From Candidatus Staskawiczbacteria bacterium RIFOXYB1_FULL_38_37 (GTDB lineage: Bacteria > Patescibacteriota > Minisyncoccia > Minisyncoccales > Staskawiczbacteraceae), in NCBI GenBank assembly GCA_001822075.1, contig MHPK01000002.1:11872-75871 (forward strand): 64,000 nucleotides of DNA, written 5' to 3'. Below the pieces are notes generated by a model that was not told the DNA's origin, made no database searches, and worked only from the letters and a program-made list of their open reading frames with translations. This document shows, piece after piece, positions 51,130 through 61,037 of the stretch. The number at the start of each line of letters is the position of its first letter. Within the stretch, counting starts at the first letter, position 1. Made by a program: the position numbers and the translations under genes.

Positions 51130-52572
51130 ATGAAGTGGTGTTTTTTAGTAAATAGCGCCTCGTTGTTGCCAATTTTTTTCGGAAAATTAGCCAAAGAAAT
51201 AGTTAAGACAGGCGATGATTGCCTTGTTATTTTAAGCAGCAAATATGCCGAATATGACAAAAAGAGATTTTTTCCCAATGAGATAAAATTTATTTCTGCG
51301 ATAGATTGGATTGTCAATAATCACAGAGAGAAAGAAAGAGAATTTTATGGACTTTCTTGGAAAGAATTTTTCCCGCTTTTTTACAGGAACAGGTGGGGGA
51401 ATGTTGATTATAACAAATCAATCAGAATAACTTTACAACACATTCAATTTTTTAAGTTTATTCTTGAGAAAGAAAAACCAGATATAATAATTTCAGAATC
51501 GCCCGGCGGATTGTTTCATGAAATTGCTTATCACTTTTGTAAGAGGAATAACACACCGTATTTAGGAATGGAAAGCTCTAAATTTAATGACCGGATGGAT
51601 ATTTATGATACAAAATACCTAACTTGCTCAAAATATGGAAAAACTTTTAATCAGCTGTCTGATAATGATATATCAAGCGAGGAAAAAAAGTACGTTCAGA
51701 AATTTATAAAAGAATTTATATCACATAAAACGTCGGTATTAGCAGATGATATCCAGCTTAATAAAGTTTACTTCAGTCAGTTCGGAATTGTCATTCATTA
51801 TATAAAAAGACTAAAGGATATGTCAGGGATCTTGTTAAAATATTTAATCAAAAGAAAAGCTTTTAAAGATTTTGATTGCGAAAGTGAAAGCGTGGTAAAA
51901 ACAGCCCTTTCAGCTCCCTTTAGAATGGAAAAAAGGCAGCTTAAAATCTTATTGCAGAAGAATGTCTTTTCTAAACTTGGAGCCGAGGACGAGAAATTTT
52001 TCTTTTACCCCCTTCAACTTCAGCCAGAATCATCTACTTCTGTTTGCGCCACTTATTACTACGACCAGCTGAATACAGTTAAAAATATAGCATTCGCCCT
52101 GCCTTTTCCCTATAGACTTTTTGTGAAAGAGCATCCAGCGTCCGTTGGCTTAAGGTCAGAAAGCTTCTACAATGAACTAAAAAAGCTCCCGAACGTAGTT
52201 TTAATCGAGCCTGGAGAAAGCGTGCAGGAACTTATTAGGAGATCAGACGGCGTTATTGTTTTAACCAGCACCGTAGGGATGGAGGCGGCTTTAGTCGGCA
52301 AGCCAGTGTATGTTTTTGGCAAAGTGTATTATTCCCACCATCCGTTTTGCAGAAAGGTTAGCAGTTTTGAAGAGCTGAAAGAAAAAATAGAAGAAGATGC
52401 AGAAAACAGAAATGACGTTGATTTAAGCGGTTTAGAAAATATCAATAATCGTTTTATTGTCGCTCACTTCAGAAATACAATCCAGGGCACAATACCTTTG
52501 GCGGCAATCGGCGAAGACACCAATAATTATAAGCAGATTCTGATTGATTTGAAAAATTTCATCAAACATTAA
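51130..52572 (+). CDS. Capsule-polysaccharide-biosynthesis (KpsC/KpsS Capsule_synth)-like glycosyltransferase
   Basis: FFFYPLQLQPESSTSV...FVKEHPA resembles the Capsule_synth signature. Pattern recall only. Confidence 0.4.
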   Translation: MKWCFLVNSASLLPIFFGKLAKEIVKTGDDCLVILSSKYAEYDKKRFFPNEIKFISAIDWIVNNHREKEREFYGLSWKEFFPLFYRNRWGNVDYNKSIRITLQHIQFFKFILEKEKPDIIISESPGGLFHEIAYHFCKRNNTPYLGMESSKFNDRMDIYDTKYLTCSKYGKTFNQLSDNDISSEEKKYVQKFIKEFISHKTSVLADDIQLNKVYFSQFGIVIHYIKRLKDMSGILLKYLIKRKAFKDFDCESESVVKTALSAPFRMEKRQLKILLQKNVFSKLGAEDEKFFFYPLQLQPESSTSVCATYYYDQLNTVKNIAFALPFPYRLFVKEHPASVGLRSESFYNELKKLPNVVLIEPGESVQELIRRSDGVIVLTSTVGMEAALVGKPVYVFGKVYYSHHPFCRKVSSFEELKEKIEEDAENRNDVDLSGLENINNRFIVAHFRNTIQGTIPLAAIGEDTNNYKQILIDLKNFIKH

Positions 52573-52577
52573 AGATT

Positions 52578-54371
52578 ATGCAATTAGAAACATTAAAAAA
52601 ATGCGATATTTGCGAAAGCGATAAGATAATACGTCTTGATTCTAAAAATAATATATGCAGGTGCGGTGCTTGCGGATATATTTTTGATAATCCTAGGCCT
52701 GCCACTGAAGAAATTATAAAGTTTTATTCTCAGCCAAGCCAGTACGGATTTTGGTTTGAGGAGGCGCGGGACTTATTGTGCCAAAGGCGCTTGAAAATGA
52801 TTCAAAAACATAAAAAACATGGCAAGTTGTTGGATATTGGAGCGGGCCCCGGTCAATTTCTAAATCAAGCTAAAGTTTTTTTTGATGTGGATGGAACAGA
52901 AATATCAAAAACGGCGGTTAGGCTGGCAAAAGAAAAATATAACATAGATTTAATTGAGGGCGAGTTTGAAAAAATTGACTTTAAAGATTCTAAATTTGAT
53001 GCAATAACCATTATTCATACATTAGAGCACGTGCCCAGCCCCTCTTTTATTGTTAAAAAATGCCGGACTTTGTTGAAAGAAGATGGAGTGTTAATTATAG
53101 CTGTTCCAAACGACATACAATCTTTCAAGGCGTGGGCAAGAATTCTATTATCAATTTTTAAGGTCAGCAGATGGAAAAACCGGGGGATATTCGGTTTCCC
53201 CAGAATAACCTTGGACGGCGCGATGTCTGAAATCCATATTTCTCATTTTACTTCCGCAGTTCTTAAAACCCTTCTTATAAAGCAAGGATTTATTGTCATT
53301 AAAGACACGTTAGACCCGGGGTATCTTCTTAAAAAATACAAAAGAATTTTTTACGATATATTATATTTGTGCTGCATGATTTTTAAAAAAATCACCGGCA
53401 GAAATTATTTTTCCTCTATTTGGATGGTGGCAAAAATTCAAAAAGCTCCGGAGGCTTGTCCAATTTGCAGACAAGGGAAGCGCTTTAAATTTATTAAGGA
53501 TTTTAGCAAAGAGCAAACCAGATATTCTTTATACCAATGCCTTGAGTGCCAGGTTCAATTTTGGCTTCCATTAGAGTCTATTATTAAGGAATGGCAGGAA
53601 GATGTTGATCAAAACAAAGTAAGGCGGTTGTTAAATTCTGAAATGAACAGGGAATATCATCAGCTTTTTTTAAAAAGAAACAAATCATTTTTAAAATATA
53701 CAAAGGTTTTGGATTTGGGATGCGGCGCAGGGGAGTTTATATTAAAACTCGAAAAAATAGGGTGCGAGGCGTTTGGAATAGATTTTGACGAAGGGGCAAT
53801 AAAGATAGCCAAGAATAATTTTGGCCTAAAAAATGTCTTTTCTATGAGTTTTGACGATTTTTTCAATAGAACAGACGTTGGAAAGTTTGATATAATAACT
53901 TTTTTTGAGGTTTTAGAACACCTTGAGGCCCCCGCAGATTTTATGAATAAAATCAAAAAATTTTTAAAGCCTGGGGGTAAAATTGTTTTTAGCACCCCCA
54001 GCAGGGAAAGATTTTTTGTTAACGCAAATAAGTGGGATTTTCCTCCTCACCACCTGACTAGGTGGGACAAAGAGTCAATTGAAAATATATTTTCAAAATA
54101 CGGTTTTAAAGTGGATTTTGTTGATTATGTTGAAGTTTTTAAAATTATAATGGGAGCGGTTGACGGCAAGCTGAGGTCCGGGCTAGTCCAAAAAACACTG
54201 AATGCCGGGAATCTCGGCAAAAAAAGGATATTTTTTTCTAAGATTTTATATCTTTCAGCTAAAGCAAAGCAATGGATTTTAGCTGGAATTCCGGCTGTAA
54301 TCCTATGGTTTTTTGGGAAAATAATTAAAAGGAACAACGGAATTATCTACGTTGAATTAAGTTTAAAATGA
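52578..54371 (+). CDS. Tandem double module: 2 x (zinc-ribbon + class I SAM-dependent methyltransferase)
   Basis: CDICES..CRCGACGY + LLDIGAGPGQF in the first half. CPICRQ..YQCLECQ + VLDLGCGAGEF in the second half. Confidence 0.75.
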   Translation: MQLETLKKCDICESDKIIRLDSKNNICRCGACGYIFDNPRPATEEIIKFYSQPSQYGFWFEEARDLLCQRRLKMIQKHKKHGKLLDIGAGPGQFLNQAKVFFDVDGTEISKTAVRLAKEKYNIDLIEGEFEKIDFKDSKFDAITIIHTLEHVPSPSFIVKKCRTLLKEDGVLIIAVPNDIQSFKAWARILLSIFKVSRWKNRGIFGFPRITLDGAMSEIHISHFTSAVLKTLLIKQGFIVIKDTLDPGYLLKKYKRIFYDILYLCCMIFKKITGRNYFSSIWMVAKIQKAPEACPICRQGKRFKFIKDFSKEQTRYSLYQCLECQVQFWLPLESIIKEWQEDVDQNKVRRLLNSEMNREYHQLFLKRNKSFLKYTKVLDLGCGAGEFILKLEKIGCEAFGIDFDEGAIKIAKNNFGLKNVFSMSFDDFFNRTDVGKFDIITFFEVLEHLEAPADFMNKIKKFLKPGGKIVFSTPSRERFFVNANKWDFPPHHLTRWDKESIENIFSKYGFKVDFVDYVEVFKIIMGAVDGKLRSGLVQKTLNAGNLGKKRIFFSKILYLSAKAKQWILAGIPAVILWFFGKIIKRNNGIIYVELSLK

Positions 54372-55519
54372 AAATTATCTTTTTACTGCCGACCTTAAGT
54401 GCGGGAGGAGGAGAAAGAGTAGCCTCTGAGCTGTCTTTGGGTCTGCCAAATAGCATTGAAAAAATCATAGTTCTTTTCAAAAAAGAAATTTCTTATCCTT
54501 ATAAAGGGAGAATTATTTCTTTAGATATTTTAAAACCTTCTGGCATTCTTCAAAAAGCAATCTGTTGTTTTTTAGGATTGTTAAGATTCAGGAAATTAGT
54601 GAAAAAAGAAAAACCAAATTATGTAATAAGTTTTGGGCATTTGCCAAATCTTATCAATATTTTTTCTACCTGCTTGCCGGCAGGCATGGGAGCCAAGTCA
54701 GTGGTGAGGATAGATAATTTTTATTCTTCTTCCTGCCAAGGTTTTGGAGGAAAAATTTATAGAATTTTGGTTAGACTCTTATTCAATAAGGCAGATATAA
54801 TAATGCCGGTTTCAAAAGAATCAGCAAATGACTTAGTTAGAAATTTTAAAATTAAAAGAGAAAAAATAAAAGTAATTTACAACCCATTGAATATAAAAGA
54901 GATAGAAAGATTAGCAAAAGAGCCTTTAGATAAAGAATACGAAGATATTTTTAAGAATCCTGTAATAATAAATATGGGCCAAATGGGAAAGCAAAAAAAT
55001 CAAAAAGATTTAATAAAAGCTTTCAAGAAAATAAAAGAAGGGATAAAAAATGCAAAGCTTGTTATTTTGGGGCAGGGGAATTTAGAGCCGGAATTAAAAG
55101 GCCTTTCAATGTCCCTGGGCATAGAAAATGATGTCTATTTTTTAGGCTGGCAGAAAAACCCTTTTAAATTTTTAGCAAGGTCAAAAATTTTTGTTTTGTC
55201 TTCTTTATGGGAAGGCCTACCTTATGTTTTGCTGGAAGCTATGGCTTCAGGCCTTCCGGTTGTTTCTTATGACTGCCGGTCTGGCCCCAGGGAAATTTTA
55301 GCGCCAAAAACTGATTCAAGTTTTCAAACAAAAGGCATTGAGTATGCTGAATACGGAATTTTAATTGAACCAGAAAATAAGGAATCGTTAAGCGAAGCTG
55401 CATTAGAGTTTTTTTTAGACAGCGATTTATCTGAAAAGCTAAAAGAGAAATCTAAAAAAAGAACAATGTCTTTTGATATTAAAAATATTATTAAAGAGTG
55501 GAATTTTTTATATGAGTGA
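54368..55519 (+). CDS. Glycosyltransferase family 4 (GT-B)
   Basis: SAGGGERV N-terminus and EGLPYVLLEAMASGLPVV (E-x7-E). Confidence 0.85.
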   Translation: MKIIFLLPTLSAGGGERVASELSLGLPNSIEKIIVLFKKEISYPYKGRIISLDILKPSGILQKAICCFLGLLRFRKLVKKEKPNYVISFGHLPNLINIFSTCLPAGMGAKSVVRIDNFYSSSCQGFGGKIYRILVRLLFNKADIIMPVSKESANDLVRNFKIKREKIKVIYNPLNIKEIERLAKEPLDKEYEDIFKNPVIINMGQMGKQKNQKDLIKAFKKIKEGIKNAKLVILGQGNLEPELKGLSMSLGIENDVYFLGWQKNPFKFLARSKIFVLSSLWEGLPYVLLEAMASGLPVVSYDCRSGPREILAPKTDSSFQTKGIEYAEYGILIEPENKESLSEAALEFFLDSDLSEKLKEKSKKRTMSFDIKNIIKEWNFLYE

Positions 55520-56234
55520 AACCCTTAAAAAAATAAAGTTTTTTTTGGAACTGTTTTTAAGAGATATTTTTAATTTTGAAAAAATAAATTTGTTTATAAA
55601 AGTTTTTCCGTACACAATGGTTGGATATAAAAGGTTATCCAACGTTTATGAGCTGGTTAAAAAAATAAGAAAAGATAAAATAGAGGGGGATTTCGTAGAG
55701 TGTGGCGTATGGAAAGGAGGATGTTCGGCGGTAATGGGTTTTGTTGCCGAAAAAGAGAGAGGCGGGCGTAAAACGTGGCTTTTCGACTCTTTTGAAGGAT
55801 TGCCAGAGCCGACCAAAGAAGACGGAAAAGTTGCCATAGAATACAGTGGCGACAAGTCCGGAGGCAGATTAAATACAATAAAAAAATGCGTGGGTCCGAT
55901 GGAAGATGTTAGAAAAATATTTTTTGAGATATTAAAAATAAAACCAGAAAATGTTGTTATAAAAAAAGGATGGTTTCAGGATACTCTCCCCGTCGAAAAA
56001 GAAAAAATTGGGAAAATTTCTATTTTAAGATTAGACGGCGACTGGTACGAGTCAACAAGATGCTGTCTTGAGAATTTGTATAAAAATGTTATTATAGGAG
56101 GATATATAGTGATAGACGATTATGGACATTGGGAAGGGGCGAGAAAGGCCCTCGATGAATTTTTTATAAAGGAGGGGATAAAATCTAAAATGATTAAAAT
56201 AGATTGCACGGGCGTATTTTTTAAAAAATCTTAG
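55512..56234 (+). CDS. TylF/macrocin-type O-methyltransferase
   Basis: GDFVECGVWKGGCSAVM and LRLDGDWYEST. The ATG at 55512 overlaps the upstream stop (ATGAGTGA), so I prefer it over the track start at 55473. Confidence 0.75.
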   Translation: MSETLKKIKFFLELFLRDIFNFEKINLFIKVFPYTMVGYKRLSNVYELVKKIRKDKIEGDFVECGVWKGGCSAVMGFVAEKERGGRKTWLFDSFEGLPEPTKEDGKVAIEYSGDKSGGRLNTIKKCVGPMEDVRKIFFEILKIKPENVVIKKGWFQDTLPVEKEKIGKISILRLDGDWYESTRCCLENLYKNVIIGGYIVIDDYGHWEGARKALDEFFIKEGIKSKMIKIDCTGVFFKKS

Positions 56235-56237
56235 AGA

Positions 56238-57566
56238 ATGGAGATAAAAAACGTTTGTATTATAGGAATGGGGTTTATTGGTACGACTTTGGCAGCTGTT
56301 TTAGCGGAAGCTGGTTTTTGCGTTTTTGGAATAGAAAAAGATAAAGAAAAGTTAGAATTATTAAAACAGGCAAAGCCTCATTTTCACGAAAAAGGGCTGC
56401 CAGAATTATTATCTAAGCAGTTGAATAAAAACCTTTTTGTTTTTGATAAAATACCCGATGGTAAAAAAATTGATGCTTTTATTATTTCTGTTGCCACGCC
56501 AGTAGACGAAGCGACAAAAAAACCAGACTTAAGCTACATAAAATCTGCAGTAGAAGATTTGTTGCCGCATTTGAAGGAAGGCCAGCTCGTTATGCTAAGG
56601 AGCACAGTCCCAGTTGGAACGACAAGAAATTTTGTTTTTCCGATGCTTGAAGAAAAAGGCAAAAATATTTATTTGAGTTTTTGCCCGGAAAGAACAGTAG
56701 AGGGGAAAGCCTTGGAGGAACTAAAAACCCTCCCCCAAATTATAGGGGAACTGGATAACCATTCAGGAGATTTATCTGCAAAGATTTTTTCTCAAATAAC
56801 ACCAGCCATTGTCAGAACCAGTTCTTTGGAGGCAGCTGAAATAATAAAATTGATAAACAATAGTTATAGAGATTTTAACTTTGCATTTGCAAATCAAACA
56901 GCTTTAATATGCAAGAGTCTTGGCTTAGACGCCAAGGAGATTGTTGAGGCGGCCAATTATGGCTATGAAAGAAGCGGTGTTTTGCACTCCGGTTTTGTTG
57001 TCGGCGGGAAAGCTGGATTTGTCGGCGGAGTCTGCCTTGAAAAAGACCCCCATATTTTAGCCAGCTCTTCTGATATAAATGTTGCATTAATAAAAGCGGC
57101 AAGGGAATTAAACGAAGGTTTAATAAGCCATGTTTTTGACAGGGCAAGGAAACATTTGAAAGAAAAAAACATACCGATAAGCCATGCCAAAATCTTCATT
57201 TCCGGCTTCGCGTTTAAGGGTCATCCTGAAACAGACGATATGAGGGGTTCTCCTGCCGTAAACCTTGTTAAATTTTTTAAAAAATTAGGAATTAAAGACA
57301 TGTTTGGACACGATTTTGTTGTAAGCCCGGAAAATGTTGAAAGCTCGGGCGTAAAATTTTGTTCTATTGAGAAAGGCTTTAAAACGGCCGATGTATTAAT
57401 ATTCATGAATAACCACAAAAAATATAACGATATTAATATATCTGGCCTGGTAGAAAATATGAAGGACAGCGCTTTTTTGTTTGATGGGTGGCAAATATTT
57501 TCCGATAAAATAAAAGGCAAAAATATAAACTATGAATCAATCGGATTTAAAAAGGCCAAAAATTAA
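56238..57566 (+). CDS. Nucleotide-sugar 6-dehydrogenase (UDP-glucose/GDP-mannose dehydrogenase family; WbpA/WecC-like)
   Basis: VCIIGMGFIGTTLAA and GGVCLEKDP (catalytic Cys context). Confidence 0.85.
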   Translation: MEIKNVCIIGMGFIGTTLAAVLAEAGFCVFGIEKDKEKLELLKQAKPHFHEKGLPELLSKQLNKNLFVFDKIPDGKKIDAFIISVATPVDEATKKPDLSYIKSAVEDLLPHLKEGQLVMLRSTVPVGTTRNFVFPMLEEKGKNIYLSFCPERTVEGKALEELKTLPQIIGELDNHSGDLSAKIFSQITPAIVRTSSLEAAEIIKLINNSYRDFNFAFANQTALICKSLGLDAKEIVEAANYGYERSGVLHSGFVVGGKAGFVGGVCLEKDPHILASSSDINVALIKAARELNEGLISHVFDRARKHLKEKNIPISHAKIFISGFAFKGHPETDDMRGSPAVNLVKFFKKLGIKDMFGHDFVVSPENVESSGVKFCSIEKGFKTADVLIFMNNHKKYNDINISGLVENMKDSAFLFDGWQIFSDKIKGKNINYESIGFKKAKN

Positions 57567-58545
57567 GTGGATAGAAATATCATCTAAAAAATACGGAGGA
57601 TTTATATATCGCCAACAAGCAAGGCAAGCCCTGTCAAAAGAGTTTGATGTAGAGTTGGTATCTTGTGAGCCAAAACATCTAAAACGGTTTAAATACCTTA
57701 AAATGCTGGAAGCCTTTTTTTATGTTTTTAAGTTGAAGGGCGAGAGCGATATTTGGATAAGAGATTATTTTCCAGCTTTAATGATGCGAACCAAAAAGAC
57801 AAAAGGCAAGAACATTGTAATGATCCACCACATTGATGTTTCCGGGCTTCCTTTCCTCTCGCGCCCTTGTTTTTACATTCTCACAAAGATTCTTTATCGT
57901 AATTTAAAAAAAGCTGACGCTGTTATAATCAGATCAGAAATATGGAGAAGATATTTTAAAGACAAGGGCTATAAAAATGTTTACAAAATTTACGGCGGTT
58001 TTGATTTGGCTAAGTTTGAAATCTTAGAACAAGACGTTGAAGATTTTAAAAAACAGAACGGTCTTGAAGGAAAACCAATAATATATATAGGAAACTGCCA
58101 GAAGGCAAAGGGAGTTGTCCAAACATACGATGTCCTAAAGGATTTAGATGCTTATTTAGTGACCACCGGCCAAAAAGACGTTGAAATCCCCGCCCTTCAT
58201 TTTGATTTAAATTATGGGGACTATTTAAAATTACTGAAAGCCTCATCTGTGGTTGTAACGATGTCTAAGTTTAAAGAAGGATGGTGTAGAACAGCTCATG
58301 AGGCAATGCTTTTAAAAACCCCCGTCATAGGTTCAGGGACAGGCGGCATGCAGGAATTGTTAGAGGGCGGAAAACAAATAATTTGCAAAGATTTTAATGG
58401 GCTTAAAGAAGAAGTTAAGATTTTATTAGAAAATCCAGAAGAAATGGCAAAAATGGGAGAGAGAGGATATAATTTTGTAAAAGATTTTACTTCAGAAAGA
58501 TTCGATCAAGAATGGGTGAATACCATAAAAAAGATAATTAATTAA
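57532..58545 (+). CDS. GT-B glycosyltransferase (GT4-like)
   Basis: EGWCRTAHEAMLLKTPVIGSGTGGMQELL. Confidence 0.65.
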   Translation: MNQSDLKRPKIKWIEISSKKYGGFIYRQQARQALSKEFDVELVSCEPKHLKRFKYLKMLEAFFYVFKLKGESDIWIRDYFPALMMRTKKTKGKNIVMIHHIDVSGLPFLSRPCFYILTKILYRNLKKADAVIIRSEIWRRYFKDKGYKNVYKIYGGFDLAKFEILEQDVEDFKKQNGLEGKPIIYIGNCQKAKGVVQTYDVLKDLDAYLVTTGQKDVEIPALHFDLNYGDYLKLLKASSVVVTMSKFKEGWCRTAHEAMLLKTPVIGSGTGGMQELLEGGKQIICKDFNGLKEEVKILLENPEEMAKMGERGYNFVKDFTSERFDQEWVNTIKKIIN

Positions 58546-58551
58546 ATATTT

Positions 58552-60114
58552 TTGCATATGATAAAAGTTTTCAATTTTTTTGAGAAATATAATAAGCCCG
58601 TAGTTTTTAGCGGAATTGTTTTAGCTGTTCTATCTTTTTTTGATAAAAAGCTATTAGCCGGCGCAATTTTGGTTTTTTTTCTCGTTTTTTTAGCGCTGTT
58701 TTTTATCAATAAAATAAAAAACGAAAAACAAAAAAAAAATATATCAATATTATTTTTAATTTCGTTTTTTTTGCACATAATAGCAGTTCTGTTTGTTTTT
58801 TACGGAAACTTCCAGCCGTTTTCAGACGGCAGAGGCGACTATTTAGAATATAATCTTACTGCGATTGAAGTGGCAAACAGAATTGCCCAAAAAAATTTTT
58901 CCCTGGAAGAATTGCCTCTCAGTCATTATTATCCGGTAATTGTTGGCTATATATATTATTTTACTCTTCCTAAAATGATTGTTGGGGAATTATTAAACGC
59001 ATGGCTGGTAGCCCTTACGATTATATTTGTTTATTTAATAGCAAAAGAATTAGGCAGGACAGACAAAGAAGCTTTTATTACGGGATTGATAGTGAATATA
59101 TATCCCAGCCTGGCTTTTTTTGGCAGCTTGATGCTAAAAGAAGCATTTGTGGTTTTCTTTTCTACTGCCGCGATTTTGTTATCTTTGATATTGATTAAAA
59201 GATTTTCGTGGCTAACCTTTGCTTTATTTTATTTTGCTTTAATAGGCCTGACTCATTTTCGTTTTTATATAGGCATTCCTTTAATTTTTGTTTTTATTGT
59301 ATGCTGGCTGCTGTTTTCAGGTTTTAAACTAAAGAGAAGAATAATTTTTGGAGGAATTATGATTTTTTTGATGGGATTTTTACCCATGATATCAACGGTA
59401 AGTGGCTTTGAGAAAGGCTATTTTGGCATAAATGCAATATTGTTGCAGCTTAACATGAAAACAATTATTTATTATCGCGAGGTGGCGTATAATTTTAGGG
59501 TAGATCCTCGTTTTGAGAATATTAAAATAATAGATGATACTTATGAGAAAGAAGTAAACAATCCCCCTGATGATAATGTTTCTCCTGATGATAATGTTTC
59601 CCCCGATGCTAACTATTCTAATCCTGAGGTAATAAAAGTGAGTGAAATATTGGCTCAAGTTCCAGAAGGGGTTCCGGTTCCAGATATTGTTACCGATAAA
59701 GATTGGGGGCAGGATTCTTCAGTAAACATAGAAACAGGGGCAGACAACCCGATTAAATTCATAAAAAATAACCTTATTTCTTTTGCCAACGCTTTTTTTG
59801 GCCCATTTCCGTGGCAATTAAGGTCTTTAAAACACATTTTTGTATTGCCTGAAATTTTGTTATGGTGGGTTTGCCTGTTTTTTATAGCAAGGGGAATCAT
59901 AGGGTCAATAAAAAACCAATATAAGGCCATTCTGCCTTTATTGTTGTTTGGAATCATTGTCGTTGCGATGATATCTCTATATATGACCAACTTTGGGTTA
60001 GTGACAAGAATCAGAATGCCTGCCATCGTCGCTCTCTTATGCTTAGTTCCCCTTGGTTTTAGAAAGATTGAAAAAATAAAAATTCCACTATTAAATAAAT
60101 TTTTTGCAGAATGA
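58552..60114 (+). CDS. Polytopic membrane protein, GT-C/ArnT-like or polymerase-like, with an acidic Asp/Pro-rich loop
   Basis: 520 aa with at least 10 TM segments. The loop NPPDDNVSPDDNVSPDANYSNPE is encoded by an 18-bp tandem repeat. Confidence 0.45.
   Translation: MHMIKVFNFFEKYNKPVVFSGIVLAVLSFFDKKLLAGAILVFFLVFLALFFINKIKNEKQKKNISILFLISFFLHIIAVLFVFYGNFQPFSDGRGDYLEYNLTAIEVANRIAQKNFSLEELPLSHYYPVIVGYIYYFTLPKMIVGELLNAWLVALTIIFVYLIAKELGRTDKEAFITGLIVNIYPSLAFFGSLMLKEAFVVFFSTAAILLSLILIKRFSWLTFALFYFALIGLTHFRFYIGIPLIFVFIVCWLLFSGFKLKRRIIFGGIMIFLMGFLPMISTVSGFEKGYFGINAILLQLNMKTIIYYREVAYNFRVDPRFENIKIIDDTYEKEVNNPPDDNVSPDDNVSPDANYSNPEVIKVSEILAQVPEGVPVPDIVTDKDWGQDSSVNIETGADNPIKFIKNNLISFANAFFGPFPWQLRSLKHIFVLPEILLWWVCLFFIARGIIGSIKNQYKAILPLLLFGIIVVAMISLYMTNFGLVTRIRMPAIVALLCLVPLGFRKIEKIKIPLLNKFFAE
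59566..59619 (+). repeat. 18-bp in-frame tandem repeat (about 3 units)
   Basis: cctgatgataatgtttct (59566-59583), cctgatgataatgtttcc (59584-59601), and a degenerate third unit at 59602-59619. Confidence 0.7.
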
Positions 60115-61037
60115 AATACTTAATAACAGGCGGCGCCGGATTCATCGGTTCACGCTTAGCAGACGAGCTGGTAGAAAGAGGTAATGAAGTGGTTATCATT
60201 GATAATCTTTCTACCGGCAAAAAGGAAAACTTAAATGCTAAGGCGATTTTTTATAATGCTGACATTCAAAGTCCGCAGATTTCAGAAATTTTTAAGAAAG
60301 AAAAACCTGAAATTGTTTTTCATTATGCAGCCCAAATTGATGTAAGAAAATCAGTTGAAAGTCCTGTAGAATCAGCCAAAACAAATATTTTAGGCAGTTT
60401 AAACATTTTAGAAAATTGCAGAAAATTTGGAGTAAAAAAAATTGTTTTTGCTTCAACTGGCGGGGCAATTTACGGAGATGCAGATATTATTCCCACCCCA
60501 GAAACCTATAAAGAAGAGCCAGTTTCCCCCTATGGAATAGAAAAATTGGCCGTTGAAAAATATTTAGATTTTTATAAAAGAGAATATAATTTAGATTATT
60601 TAATTCTAAGGCTTGCCAATGTTTATGGTCCTAGGCAGAACTCAAAAGGCGAAGCGGGTGTAATTGCGATTTTTTGCGATAAAATTTTGGCCGGTGAACA
60701 ACCGATTATAAACGGGGACGGAAAACAAACAAGAGACTTTGTTTTTGTTGAAGATGTGGTTAAAGCTAATATTTTAGGAATAGAAAAAAATATAAGCGGA
60801 ACGTTTAATGTCGGAACAGCAAAGGAGACCGACATTGATGCTATTTTTCAGAAGCTGCAGAAATTGCTCGGTTCAAAAAGTGAAAAAAAATATGGTCCAG
60901 AAAAAAAAGGAGAGCAAAAAAGGAGCTGTCTTAGTTTTGAAAAAATCCGCAAAGAGTTTGGCTGGGAATCGAAATACAATTTAGACCAGGGCTTGGAACT
61001 GACGGCGAACTGGTTTAGAAAAGCAAAATTCCAATGA
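60111..61037 (+). CDS. UDP-glucose 4-epimerase-like SDR (GalE family)
   Basis: YLITGGAGFIGSRL and YGIEKLAVEKY. Confidence 0.85.
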   Translation: MKYLITGGAGFIGSRLADELVERGNEVVIIDNLSTGKKENLNAKAIFYNADIQSPQISEIFKKEKPEIVFHYAAQIDVRKSVESPVESAKTNILGSLNILENCRKFGVKKIVFASTGGAIYGDADIIPTPETYKEEPVSPYGIEKLAVEKYLDFYKREYNLDYLILRLANVYGPRQNSKGEAGVIAIFCDKILAGEQPIINGDGKQTRDFVFVEDVVKANILGIEKNISGTFNVGTAKETDIDAIFQKLQKLLGSKSEKKYGPEKKGEQKRSCLSFEKIRKEFGWESKYNLDQGLELTANWFRKAKFQ

